Under the pieces are notes generated by a model. That model saw nothing but the letters and a program-made list of their open reading frames with translations. It was not told where the DNA came from and did not search any database. The position numbers and the translations under genes are program-made. From assembly GCA_947311445.1 (NCBI GenBank), contig CAMZKV010000018.1, positions 89-64,088 on the forward strand: DNA of 64,000 nucleotides, in the 5' to 3' direction. The DNA is from an uncultured Chlorobiota bacterium (GTDB lineage: Bacteria; Bacteroidota; Bacteroidia; Bacteroidales; JAADGE01). Shown here piece after piece: positions 28,587 to 38,216 of the stretch. Numbering within the stretch: position 1 is the stretch's first letter; every line of letters begins with the position of its first letter.

Positions 28587-30374
28587 TTAATCCAACTTTA
28601 AAACAGCCATAAAAGCATTTTGAGGAATTTCTACATTTCCAATTTGCTTCATTCTTTTTTTACCTTTTTTTTGTTTCTCGAGGAGTTTACGTTTTCTAGT
28701 AATATCACCTCCATAGCATTTTGCCGTAACATCTTTTCTTACTGCTTTTATTGTAGTTCGTGCAATAATTTTTGAGCCAATAGCTGCTTGTATTGGAACT
28801 GCAAATTGTTGTCTTGGGATTAAATCTTTTAATTTATCGGTCATTCTTCTGCCAAATCTATATGCATTATCAGCATGAATTAATGTTGAAAGAGCATCAA
28901 CTTTTTCACTGTTAACTAAAATGTCTAATTTTACAAGATTTGCTTTCCTAAATTCTGACATTTGGTAATCGAATGAGGCATAGCCTTTTGAAACACTTTT
29001 AAGTTTATCATAAAAATCAAAAACAATTTCTGCTAAGGGAATTTTAAATGTAAGTTCTGCCCTGTCGGAAGATAAATATGTTTCTTTTAGGAGTTCTCCT
29101 CTTTTGTCGAGACAGAGTTTCATAACTTGACCATAGTAGTCCGTTTGAGTAATTATTTGTGCATCAATATATGGTTCTTGTATTTCTGCTATAATGCCTG
29201 GGTCGGGTAGTCCGGATGGATTATGAACTTCAATTGTTTCACCTTTTGTTGTTTTTATAATGTAAGAAACATTGGGTACGGTAGTAATAACGTTCATATT
29301 AAACTCTCTATCTAGCCGTTCTTGAACAATTTCCATATGCAATAAACCTAAAAAACCACATCTGAAACCAAACCCTAGTGCCATTGATGATTCCGGTTCA
29401 AAAGTTAAGGATGCATCGTTTAATTGAAGTTTTTCAATTGAATATCTAAGGTCTTCATAGTCTTCTGTATCTATCGGGTATATTCCTGCAAAAAGCATTG
29501 GTTTAACTTCTTCAAATCCATCAACAGCAGCTTCGCAAGGATTTTCTACCTGCGTTATTGTGTCTCCGACTTTAACTTCTTTAGACTCTTTAATTCCTGA
29601 AATTATATAACCTACGTCTCCTACTTTTAAGGTTTTTTTACTTTCTTGTTTAAGTCTAAGAACCCCAATTTCATCAGCATAATATTGTTTTTCGGTGTTA
29701 ACAAATTTCACATAATCTCCTTTGTTTATTGTACCATTTATAATTTTGATATATGCAATTATTCCTCTGTAAGAGTTGTAAACAGAGTCGAAAATCATTG
29801 CTTGTAAAGGTGCGTTTTCATCTCCTTCCGGATGAGGTACATCTTTAATTATTCTTTCTAAAATAAGTTCTACTCCTAGTCCTGTTTTTCCACTTGCCTC
29901 AATTATGTCTTCTCTTTTCCCGCCTAGAAGCTCAATTATTTGATCTTTTACTTCTTCGGGCATTGCTGTATCCATGTCCATCTTGTTTAGAACAGGAATA
30001 ATTTCTAAATCATTTTCAATTGCCATATAAACATTTGCAATAGTTTGAGCTTGAATGCCTTGTGTGGCATCTACAATAAGCAAGGCTCCTTCGCAAGCAG
30101 CAATTGAACGAGAAACTTCGTAAGAAAAATCAACATGTCCGGGGGTGTCTATAAGGTTTAGAGTATAATCTTTTCCGTTTAGTTCATAATCCATTTGTAT
30201 GGCATGACTTTTAATTGTAATTCCTCTTTCTTTTTCAAGTTCCATGTCGTCGAGTACTTGCTCTTGCAAATCTCTTGCAAATACAGTTTCCGTTTTTTCT
30301 AAAAGTCGGTCTGCAATAGTGCTTTTTCCATGATCTATGTGGGCTATTATGCAAAAATTTCTTATGTTCTTCAC
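28587..30374 (-). CDS. lepA: Translation elongation factor 4 (LepA)
   Basis: [30 protein letters not shown] and NKMD GTPase motifs. The LepA-specific C-terminus is also present ([25 protein letters not shown]). Confidence 0.95.
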   Translation of the reverse strand: MKNIRNFCIIAHIDHGKSTIADRLLEKTETVFARDLQEQVLDDMELEKERGITIKSHAIQMDYELNGKDYTLNLIDTPGHVDFSYEVSRSIAACEGALLIVDATQGIQAQTIANVYMAIENDLEIIPVLNKMDMDTAMPEEVKDQIIELLGGKREDIIEASGKTGLGVELILERIIKDVPHPEGDENAPLQAMIFDSVYNSYRGIIAYIKIINGTINKGDYVKFVNTEKQYYADEIGVLRLKQESKKTLKVGDVGYIISGIKESKEVKVGDTITQVENPCEAAVDGFEEVKPMLFAGIYPIDTEDYEDLRYSIEKLQLNDASLTFEPESSMALGFGFRCGFLGLLHMEIVQERLDREFNMNVITTVPNVSYIIKTTKGETIEVHNPSGLPDPGIIAEIQEPYIDAQIITQTDYYGQVMKLCLDKRGELLKETYLSSDRAELTFKIPLAEIVFDFYDKLKSVSKGYASFDYQMSEFRKANLVKLDILVNSEKVDALSTLIHADNAYRFGRRMTDKLKDLIPRQQFAVPIQAAIGSKIIARTTIKAVRKDVTAKCYGGDITRKRKLLEKQKKGKKRMKQIGNVEIPQNAFMAVLKLD

Positions 30375-30728
30375 TATATCTTTATTTTTATATCTTAAAG
30401 TGCAAAAATACTTTTTTTTAGCTAATAAAAAAGGCTTGTTTTTTTAATGGCACGACATTATTATTTTTTCAAGCTATAAAAATTCAAATTAGTTTTACTT
30501 AGTAGCTATATAATTCATTTAAAACTTCTGAGAGATTATATTTAATGCAAGATTGAGATTCTTGATTTAATTTGTGTGTTATTGTAAGTAGTTATAAATC
30601 AGCTATCTTACTGTTTCTATGGATTTCTTAAGTAAATATAATTTGTTATGCTTAAACCTTTTTAAGAAATAAAAGTCAAAAAGGCAAACAAAATATTTTT
30701 TTATTCATAATATTAAAAATAAAACAAA

Positions 30729-31181
30729 ATGAAAACAAAACAAATAATGATCATTGTAGTACTGATATTTGTTTCAGGAAGCATTTTTGCACAAGGACAG
30801 ATGAAACGAAACGGACAAGTAGGGGGCAGAATGATGAATATTCCGGACTTAACAGATGTTCAAAAATCACAGATTAAAGATATGCGAACTGCAAACATGA
30901 AAGAAATGCTTCCTTTAAAAAATGAATTAAGAGAGAAACAAGCACATTTGAATACAATTTCAACAGGAGATAATGTTAAAATGACTGATGTAAACAGGGC
31001 AATTGAAGAAATTAGTGCAATTAAATTGACAATGGCAAAAAAAAGAGCTAAAAACAAACAAAATATCCGAAAGATTTTAACAGATGACCAAAGAGTGTTT
31101 TTTGATATGCAGCAAGGCAAACATAAAAGAAAACTGAATGCTAAAAAACAAGGAAACAGGCAAGGAAAATGTATGAAATAG
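30729..31181 (+). CDS. Periplasmic Spy/CpxP-family (LTXXQ motif) protein
   Basis: Signal peptide plus two LTXXQ motifs (LTDVQKSQIKDM and LTDDQRVFF) in a helical protein of about 150 aa. Confidence 0.7.
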   Translation: MKTKQIMIIVVLIFVSGSIFAQGQMKRNGQVGGRMMNIPDLTDVQKSQIKDMRTANMKEMLPLKNELREKQAHLNTISTGDNVKMTDVNRAIEEISAIKLTMAKKRAKNKQNIRKILTDDQRVFFDMQQGKHKRKLNAKKQGNRQGKCMK

Positions 31182-31222
31182 TTTTTTTTTCTATACTGAT
31201 TTTAAAACACTTGATATATGAA

Positions 31223-31242
31223 CCGACGGGTTAACCCGTCGG
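31223..31242. terminator. GC-rich hairpin between convergent genes
   Basis: CCGACGGGttaaCCCGTCGG: a perfect 8-bp GC-rich stem. The flanks are only moderately T-rich, so terminator function is plausible but not certain. Confidence 0.45.
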
Positions 31243-31280
31243 CGATTTGATTCTGTTTATTTTCTGTTACGTAATTCTGA

Positions 31281-32285
31281 TTAAAAAAGTCCTTCTGTGC
31301 AATTTTTGCAAATGTCAATTTTTTTTCTATTTAAAAGAAGTTGTTGCCTGAATTTTAGAGCTTTATTGTTATTTTGAATTTCTTGAAATGTTTTTTTAGA
31401 AATATTTCCGAAAGAATACTTAGCGTCCTTATCAAAACAACAGGGTAATATTTCTCCTGTGTTTGTAATAACTACCGACTCCCAAAGTCTTTTACATTTG
31501 TTTTTAAGTTTGCTTTTTATCTTATATTTTCCGGTTCCATCTTTTTTATATCTGGAGTATTTTTTATTTTTTGGAATTAAGTTTATAGCGTCTTTAAAAT
31601 TGTAAATTTGTGCAGTTTTTATTTCAAGTTTATCTGCTTTAAGTTTTTTGCATAACTTTCTAATTTCAGGAATTTGATGTTCATTAAATTTAAAAACCAA
31701 AAATTGAATTACTACAAAAGGGGTTTTTGATTTTAGTTCTTTTTTCCAAAAAACAATATTTTTAACAGACTGTATAACTGTCTCTAAATTTCCTGATTTC
31801 CGGTATTTTTGATAAATATCTTGCGTTGTTCCGTCTATTGAAACAATTAGTTTGTCTAGTCCGGATTCTATTGTTTTTTTTGCATTTTCAGAATTTAAAA
31901 AATGTCCGTTTGTTGATGTCGCTGTGAAAATATTTTTCTTTTTAGCAGAATATTCAATGAGTTTAAAAATATCAGGATTTAAAAAAGGTTCTCCTTGAAA
32001 ATATAGTATTAAATTTATTAAATAAGGAGAAAGTTCATCTATTGCTTTTTTATAAATATTGAAATTAATATTTCCTTTTAAACGTGTTAGTTCTCCTGTT
32101 CCTGTTGGGCATTCAGGGCAATGTAAGTTGCAATTAGAAGTTGGTTCAATTGATATGCTTATTGGCTTTGCATTTATCTTAGAGCTTTTAAAGATGCTTG
32201 AAACAATAAAATTTAGATATAGTTTTACTGCATTAATAACTTTCCTAATTGTTATTTTTTTTAATATATTAAAAGCAAGTTGCAT
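31281..32285 (-). CDS. Radical SAM protein with C-terminal SPASM-like domain
   Basis: CX3CX2C cluster motif EPTSNCNLHCPECPTG. Cys-rich C-terminus CKRLWESVVITNTGEILPCCFD ... ICKNCTEG. A hydrophobic N-terminal segment precedes these. Confidence 0.85.
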   Translation of the reverse strand: MQLAFNILKKITIRKVINAVKLYLNFIVSSIFKSSKINAKPISISIEPTSNCNLHCPECPTGTGELTRLKGNINFNIYKKAIDELSPYLINLILYFQGEPFLNPDIFKLIEYSAKKKNIFTATSTNGHFLNSENAKKTIESGLDKLIVSIDGTTQDIYQKYRKSGNLETVIQSVKNIVFWKKELKSKTPFVVIQFLVFKFNEHQIPEIRKLCKKLKADKLEIKTAQIYNFKDAINLIPKNKKYSRYKKDGTGKYKIKSKLKNKCKRLWESVVITNTGEILPCCFDKDAKYSFGNISKKTFQEIQNNNKALKFRQQLLLNRKKIDICKNCTEGLF

Positions 32286-32310
32286 AGAGAATTGGGTATG
32301 TTTAAAAGTA

Positions 32311-32337
32311 AAAAAGTCGGTTTAAGCCGACTTTTTG
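32311..32337 (-). terminator. Intrinsic terminator after the 206-aa lipoprotein gene
   Basis: aaaaAGTCGGtttaagCCGACTttttt. On the minus-strand transcript the stem is followed by a T-run. Confidence 0.6.
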
Positions 32338-32356
32338 TCAATTGTTATTAATGTTT

Positions 32357-32977
32357 TTATTTATCCTCAGAAGTAGTTACCATATATGCTGCTTTTAGGT
32401 CTTTATCTTTGCCATTTATAGTAATTGTTGCACTATTTTTATCTTTTTTATAAATAAACATTGCTTCTCCTCCCATATTCATATCCATTTCACTTTTCCA
32501 GCCGTTGCTTTTCATTTCTTTTTTAATTTTACTTATAACTTCTTCTTTACTGTTCTCAGGTTTTATAACAACAGTTATCATGCTTTCTTTTTCAGAGTTC
32601 ATATTACCTACGGATTCAATTTCTCCTTTAACAAGATAAACATCTTTTGGAAAATTGGCAGGAATTTCTTTGGTATTACCACTAAAAGTAATTTCTTCTC
32701 CGTCTTCTCCGGAAATTTTTAACTCGCCATCATCACCTGTAATTTTTATTTCTTTTCCGTTTTCATCAGTTATTGTCATTCCTCCACCGTCCATTGCCTT
32801 ATCAATGTCAATATCAACATCAATTTTTTTACCGTCTTCCGCTGCTGCTTTTTCTAGTATTTTTTCAAAAATGCCTTCTGCAATTTTTTTTCCGGTTTCT
32901 TCTTGTTTTTCTTCACTAAAACATGAAGAGAAAAGAATAGTAGTTAATGCTAAAATAATAATACTTATTTTTTTCAT
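32357..32977 (-). CDS. Hypothetical lipoprotein (206 aa), acidic G/E/D/K-rich N-terminal half
   Basis: Lipobox TTILFSSCFSE. It contains repeated GK(E/K)I..TGDDGE-like segments. I did not recognise a family. Confidence 0.55.
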   Translation of the reverse strand: MKKISIIILALTTILFSSCFSEEKQEETGKKIAEGIFEKILEKAAAEDGKKIDVDIDIDKAMDGGGMTITDENGKEIKITGDDGELKISGEDGEEITFSGNTKEIPANFPKDVYLVKGEIESVGNMNSEKESMITVVIKPENSKEEVISKIKKEMKSNGWKSEMDMNMGGEAMFIYKKDKNSATITINGKDKDLKAAYMVTTSEDK

Positions 32978-33022
32978 GTGTCTAAAATTTTATAATTAAT
33001 ATTGCTTTAAGAAAAGACGTAT

Positions 33023-33694
33023 TTACCATCTTTTTAGTTTTACTTCAAAATTCATAGAATAATCGGTAGAATATATGTCAAATAAACTTCCTGAAAATTC
33101 AATGCTTTTTTTGTCTGGACTTAATTTTGCAAATTCACTTTTTAAGGCTTTGACTTTTGTAGGAAAATTAAATTTTAATTTATAACCGTAATAATCTTTC
33201 ATTGATTCAATATCAGCTTTTTTAAAAACAGAATCATTTGTATTTCTAGGAGCAATATATGAAAGTTTTCGTTTTCCTTTTTTTATAAACTTAGGGTTTT
33301 TAAGGGTAGAGTCTGTCCCCATTCTTCCTCTAAATAGTTTTCCGGTTTCATTTAAATCTAACATTTTATTAAGTATGCTTATATCTTTAAAATTATACGA
33401 TATAAATAATACTGTTTTGTCCTTTTTCCACCCGTATTTAACATTTGTTGCACCATTTTCTATAAATTTTGCAGCAATTTTTTCAAAAGATTTATCCAAA
33501 GTGTCTATTGATTTTATTTTATTAAAACTGTTTGACGAATCGATATTGCTCATATAGTCAATTAATTGAGACATATCAATTTCTAAATTTGATGTACCGG
33601 ACATATCTTTATTAAAAGTATATTCTTGGGAAATGTTACAGCTTACTATAAGAAGAAGAAATAGTGTTATAAGATATGTTATAGTTTGTTTCAT
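33023..33694 (-). CDS. Hypothetical lipoprotein (223 aa)
   Basis: Signal/lipobox LLLIVSCNISQ. I did not recognise a family. Confidence 0.5.
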   Translation of the reverse strand: MKQTITYLITLFLLLIVSCNISQEYTFNKDMSGTSNLEIDMSQLIDYMSNIDSSNSFNKIKSIDTLDKSFEKIAAKFIENGATNVKYGWKKDKTVLFISYNFKDISILNKMLDLNETGKLFRGRMGTDSTLKNPKFIKKGKRKLSYIAPRNTNDSVFKKADIESMKDYYGYKLKFNFPTKVKALKSEFAKLSPDKKSIEFSGSLFDIYSTDYSMNFEVKLKRW

Positions 33695-33921
33695 GTAAAA
33701 TTGCCTAATTAACTGATATTAAAAAAGATGTCTAACAAATCGTATTTTAAAAAAATTATGTTGTTTAGAATATAGGAACACTTGTTTTATTGAGTACGAA
33801 ATCAATGTGCTAGGATTATAGTAGTGTCCCTTGCGTGTCAAACTCTTTGTCATTGGTGTTTCATATTCAAAACATCAAAGATAATAAAAAAGAATAGATT
33901 TTATAATTTTGGAGTTCAAAA

Positions 33922-34977
33922 TTATGCCTTTAATATTGTAAATGCGAAGCTTGTACCAATACCAATAGTACTTCTAACATTAATTGTTTGGTTATGAGCT
34001 TCAATAATATGCTTTACTATTGCTAGGCCTAAGCCAGTGCCACCATTATCTCTTGAACGAGCTTTGTCTGTTCTGTAAAAACGTTCAAAAACTCTTGGAA
34101 GATCATCTTTATGAATACCAGGACCTTCATCAGTTATTTCAACTAAGTGATTTTTATCCATGTCGAAGAAACTTATTTTTATTTTACTATCTTTAAGGCT
34201 ATATTTTATTGCATTATCAATCAGATTAATAAGCACTTGTTTTATTTTGTTTTTATCTCCAACTGCAAAAATTGGATTTGAATATGGTTCTCGGAAAAAA
34301 ATTTTAATATTCTTTTTTGTTGCTTTATCAATAAATAATTCTAATACTTCGTTAGCTAATTTTAAAATATCAAATTTTATGAAATTTGCTTTTAAATTTG
34401 TTATTTCGAGTTCGGAAATAGTATCTAAATCCTCAATTATATCTATAATTCTTTCTATATTTTTATTTGTCCTTTTCAAATACTTTTTTGTAAGTTTATT
34501 ATCATTTAAAGCTCCGTTTATTAAAGAATGAACGTATCCTTGTATATTAAAAATTGGGTTTTTCAATTCATGAGAAATATTACCAATATATTCTCTTCTA
34601 AAAGTTTCTCTTTCTTTAAGAGTCAAAATCTCTGTGTTATGTTCTTTACTCCATTCTTCAACTTCTTCTTTTACTTCTTTTATTATATCTTCTTTATCAA
34701 GTTCATGATTTTTGTCTTTATTAAGTTTTAAATTACGTATTGTTTTGTATATAAGCCTTATTTTATCATAAATAAACCTTTTTAAAATAAAAAAGAAAAG
34801 AGAATACGAAAAGATAAAAATTGAAACATCAAACAATAGTAATGCAAAATAGTTAAATTTTATTTCTTGAAAAATGAAACATGAGAAGATGTACAGTAAT
34901 GTTACAAATAGGGTTATACTTGAAGCAACTGCTAGTGAGATTTTTTTAGGATTTGTTGTATTTATTATTTTTTTCAC
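33922..34977 (-). CDS. Sensor histidine kinase (HisKA + HATPase_c), PhoR-like
   Basis: Two TM helices, H-box [11 protein letters not shown]-box [13 protein letters not shown]-boxes DEGPGI and [13 protein letters not shown]. It overlaps the upstream response regulator gene by 4 nt. Confidence 0.88.
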   Translation of the reverse strand: MKKIINTTNPKKISLAVASSITLFVTLLYIFSCFIFQEIKFNYFALLLFDVSIFIFSYSLFFFILKRFIYDKIRLIYKTIRNLKLNKDKNHELDKEDIIKEVKEEVEEWSKEHNTEILTLKERETFRREYIGNISHELKNPIFNIQGYVHSLINGALNDNKLTKKYLKRTNKNIERIIDIIEDLDTISELEITNLKANFIKFDILKLANEVLELFIDKATKKNIKIFFREPYSNPIFAVGDKNKIKQVLINLIDNAIKYSLKDSKIKISFFDMDKNHLVEITDEGPGIHKDDLPRVFERFYRTDKARSRDNGGTGLGLAIVKHIIEAHNQTINVRSTIGIGTSFAFTILKA

Positions 34978-35657
34978 ATTTTTAATTTATAACCAATTCC
35001 TTTAATGGTTTTTATGTTTTCAATACCTGTTTTTTCTCTTATTTTTCTGACATGAACATCAATTGTTCTTGACCCTACAATAACATCGTTGCCCCATATT
35101 TTTTCAAAAATATTTTCTCTTGTAAAAACATGGTTTGGTTTTGAGGCAAGTAATCTAAGTATTTCAAACTGTTTTTTTGGTAGTGTTAAAGGCTTATTTC
35201 CTTTATATACTACATATTCTGTTGTATCAATCCGATATTCTCCGAAAGTTAAAGTTTCATCTTCTTCTGTTATGCTTTTATATCTTTTAAGTAAAGCTTT
35301 AATTCTAGAAAGTAAAACTTTTGGATTTATCGGCTTTGTAATGTAATCATCACCTCCGGCTTCGAAACCGGTTATTTGCGAATAATCTTCATTTCTGGCA
35401 GACAAGAAAACAATTATTGTATCTTTATTTTCAGGAAGTGTTCTAATTTTTTTACAAGTTTCATAGCCATCCATAATAGGCATCATAACATCTAAAATAA
35501 TTAATTGAGGTTTTTCCTTTTCAATTATTTTTAATGCTTTTTTTCCGTTTTCCGCAGTATGAACAGTATAGCCTTCTTGACTTAAATTAAAATAAAGGAT
35601 TTCTCTTACATCTTTTTCATCGTCAACAATAAGGATTTTATAGTCTTTCTTATTCAT
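34974..35657 (-). CDS. OmpR/PhoB-family response regulator
   Basis: REC domain ([15 protein letters not shown] ... [13 protein letters not shown] ... ITKP) and winged-helix output domain ([14 protein letters not shown] ... [12 protein letters not shown] ... [11 protein letters not shown]). Confidence 0.9.
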   Translation of the reverse strand: MNKKDYKILIVDDEKDVREILYFNLSQEGYTVHTAENGKKALKIIEKEKPQLIILDVMMPIMDGYETCKKIRTLPENKDTIIVFLSARNEDYSQITGFEAGGDDYITKPINPKVLLSRIKALLKRYKSITEEDETLTFGEYRIDTTEYVVYKGNKPLTLPKKQFEILRLLASKPNHVFTRENIFEKIWGNDVIVGSRTIDVHVRKIREKTGIENIKTIKGIGYKLKM

Positions 35658-35722
35658 TTTAAAGGTTTAAGTATTATAGAGCTAATTTGAAAAATTAAAA
35701 CAAAAAAGTTAGCTTTTTAAAT

Positions 35723-37978
35723 TTATTCTTCTGTAATATCCATAAAATCTCTATATGCTTTAAAAAGACTCATTATATACATATTAACATTTTTTAATTC
35801 CGATAAGATGTTAAAATATAATAAACTGTTTCTTACATTTACTATATCCGCTTTAACTCTCTTTACTTGGTTTTTTTGTGCTCCATCTATAAATTTAATT
35901 ACCTCCTCCATTTGGGTATTCAAACTATCTCTTTGCTGGAAATCTCTTTTTTCCATTGTTAACATAACATTTGAACTAAATTTATCCATTAAATCATATA
36001 ATTTATCTAATTCTTCTTTTTGTTCTTTAAGTAGTGGTGTATGAGAATTAATAAAGTGCATTGCAATAGGTTCTAAAGCATAAAAAACTCCAAGAGCAAT
36101 TTCTCTTTGGGCTTCTATCATTTGAACATAGAAAATTCCTGAATCGGCAGCTTCAGGTACAAGTTTTTTTAGTACTTTATTTGTCCTGTTTTTTCTTTTC
36201 TTAGTATATTCTCTAAGTTTGGTAATATCTTTAATTAAAGGTTTTGCAAATTTACTTTTATTTTCAGTAAGGTGTGAAAATGCTTCTTTAATATATTTGC
36301 CCGATCTTCCTAAAACTCTCTTGATTTGCTTTTCAGCTTTTTCAATTAATTCAGTTTCGGTTATTTCTTCTTTATCAATTGCTTCTTTTTCTTCTTTTTC
36401 AATTTCTATATCATCTTCATTTGTTTTGGTTTTCTTACTACTTTTAAATAACAAATAGATAACACCTACTTCTAAAAGTAAGGCCATGATAAAACCTGTG
36501 TTGTATATTATTGCTGCTAAAGTAGATGCAATAACGAAAGCAGAAAAAGCAGTTAAGAACCAACCTCCAATAACATTTGTAACTCCTGCAATACGATATA
36601 CCGCAGACTCTCTGCCCCATGCCCTGTCGGCTAATGAAGCTCCCATTGCTACCATAAAAGTAATATATGTTGTAGAAAGAGGAAGTTTAAAAGATGTTCC
36701 TATTGAAATTAAAATTGCTGCTATTAAAAGATTTACTGATGCTCTAATTAAATCGAACTCTGGAACATTCTTCATTTCTTTATTAGACATTTTAGGCATT
36801 TGAAATCTGCTGTCTAGCCATGCTCTAGTCTTAACGGGTATTATAGTTTCAAACGCATTACTCAGATGAATAGAACCCTTAACAATAGCTCTTGAAAAGG
36901 AATTTGAAGTAAATTTTTCTTCTTTATCTCCTTGAGCAGAAAGGTCTAAAGTTGTTTTTGCTACATTTTTGGCTTTTTTTGATGTCCATAATGTAATTAT
37001 CATAATTGTACCGGCTGCAAATAAAAATAATGTTGGAGTAGGAACTTTTTTTCCAAGAGCATCCATTTGGTATAAATGAGGATCTATTGACCCAGCAGCT
37101 GACCAGAACTCCCAAGAATTGTAACCTGCAATTGGTACTCCAATAAAGTTTACTAAATCATTTCCTGCAAAAGCTAATGCAAGTGAAAAAGTTCCCAATA
37201 AGATTATAAATTTTAATATATTAATTTTAAAGAATTTTAGTGCGATGAAAGATATTATTGTCCAAAATAAAAAACTCCCTGCAATAATAATTAAAGTATA
37301 TTCTTTTAAAAAAACTTTAATATCTCCATAAAAGTCGGTGCCTTTTAGTCCTTTAAGTACAATAAAATAAGTAATTGCTGCAATGGAAATCCCTCCAAAT
37401 ATTGCCATTGATATTGCTCTTGTTTTTATATTAAATTGAAAAGTAAAAATAATTCTTGAAATATATTGTGTTATAGATCCAAGAGTAAATGCAACCACTA
37501 CCGAAAGTAAAATTCCAAAAACTATCCAAAGTGCCGTTGACGAATTTATAAAAAGAGCTAAGTCTGCAATAGGTCTATTCTCTCCAATAACTTTTATTAG
37601 TCCAACTGCAACTGCTGCTCCTAATAAGTTAAAAACAATAGAAACCGTGGTTGATGTGGGCATTCCCAGTGAGTTGAATATGTTCAATAAAAGAATGTCT
37701 CCGATAAGGACGGCAACAAAAATCACCATTATATCATAAAATGAAAACATTTGTGGGTGAAAAATACCTTTTCTTGCTACCTCCATCATTCCGCTAGAAA
37801 AAACTGCACCAATAAAAATTCCCAAACTAGCAATTATCATTATTGTTTTGTAGTTAAAGGCTTTTGAACCCAATGCAGAGTTCAAAAAATTAATTGCATC
37901 ATTGCTAACTCCAACTACTATATCAACAACTGCAAGTACTAATAAACTTATTACAACTATTAAAATTATTGTTTCCAT
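35723..37978 (-). CDS. Inorganic phosphate transporter (PiT/PHO4 family) with long C-terminal cytoplasmic helical domain
   Basis: PHO4-type signatures are duplicated: GVSNDAINFLNSALGSKA and AGNDLVNFIGVPIAG. There are many TM helices. The last 250 aa or so are hydrophilic and helical. Confidence 0.85.
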   Translation of the reverse strand: METIILIVVISLLVLAVVDIVVGVSNDAINFLNSALGSKAFNYKTIMIIASLGIFIGAVFSSGMMEVARKGIFHPQMFSFYDIMVIFVAVLIGDILLLNIFNSLGMPTSTTVSIVFNLLGAAVAVGLIKVIGENRPIADLALFINSSTALWIVFGILLSVVVAFTLGSITQYISRIIFTFQFNIKTRAISMAIFGGISIAAITYFIVLKGLKGTDFYGDIKVFLKEYTLIIIAGSFLFWTIISFIALKFFKINILKFIILLGTFSLALAFAGNDLVNFIGVPIAGYNSWEFWSAAGSIDPHLYQMDALGKKVPTPTLFLFAAGTIMIITLWTSKKAKNVAKTTLDLSAQGDKEEKFTSNSFSRAIVKGSIHLSNAFETIIPVKTRAWLDSRFQMPKMSNKEMKNVPEFDLIRASVNLLIAAILISIGTSFKLPLSTTYITFMVAMGASLADRAWGRESAVYRIAGVTNVIGGWFLTAFSAFVIASTLAAIIYNTGFIMALLLEVGVIYLLFKSSKKTKTNEDDIEIEKEEKEAIDKEEITETELIEKAEKQIKRVLGRSGKYIKEAFSHLTENKSKFAKPLIKDITKLREYTKKRKNRTNKVLKKLVPEAADSGIFYVQMIEAQREIALGVFYALEPIAMHFINSHTPLLKEQKEELDKLYDLMDKFSSNVMLTMEKRDFQQRDSLNTQMEEVIKFIDGAQKNQVKRVKADIVNVRNSLLYFNILSELKNVNMYIMSLFKAYRDFMDITEE

Positions 37979-38023
37979 GTGTTATTTTCTTAGAATTATT
38001 TGAAAAAATATTATAATTTTTAT

Positions 38024-38031
38024 CAAAAGTA
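38024..38031 (-). promoter_or_regulatory. Candidate Bacteroidota -7 promoter box for the PiT gene
   Basis: Plus-strand CAAAAGTA equals TACTTTTG on the minus strand and matches the TAnnTTTG consensus. It lies about 46 nt upstream of the PiT ATG. I found no clear -33 TTTG. Confidence 0.3.
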
Positions 38032-38062
38032 AAATAAAAAATTAATCTGAAAAAGAGAGTTT

Positions 38063-38128
38063 CTAACTTAACATTAACTTAACTTTAAACTTACAATTAA
38101 TTAACTTTTTCTTAAACATTTCTTAACC
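38063..38128. promoter_or_regulatory. Six tandem 11-bp units, each carrying (T)TAAC in the same phase; candidate response-regulator binding array
   Basis: ctaacTTAACa / ttaacTTAACt / ttaaaCTTACa / attaaTTAACt / ttttcTTAAAC / atttcTTAACc. The array lies in the 238-bp divergent region between the PiT gene and the lipoprotein/TonB-receptor operon. Confidence 0.35.
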
Positions 38129-38148
38129 AAGTTTTCTGTAAGTCCGGT

Positions 38149-38156
38149 TACTTTTG
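38149..38156 (+). promoter_or_regulatory. Candidate Bacteroidota -7 promoter box for the lipoprotein/TonB-receptor operon
   Basis: TACTTTTG matches TAnnTTTG and lies about 60 nt upstream of the ATG at 38217. Confidence 0.3.
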
Positions 38157-38216
38157 CAAAATAAATTAACAGTCATAAAACTATTAAAATTTTTATTTAA
38201 ATTAAAAACAAAGAAA

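Noticed and set aside
32655-32999. 114-aa plus-strand ORF antisense to the 206-aa lipoprotein gene
   Set aside because: The S/P/F/I-rich translation mirrors the G/E/D/K-rich lipoprotein. It has no independent start context or signal. It is an antisense artefact.
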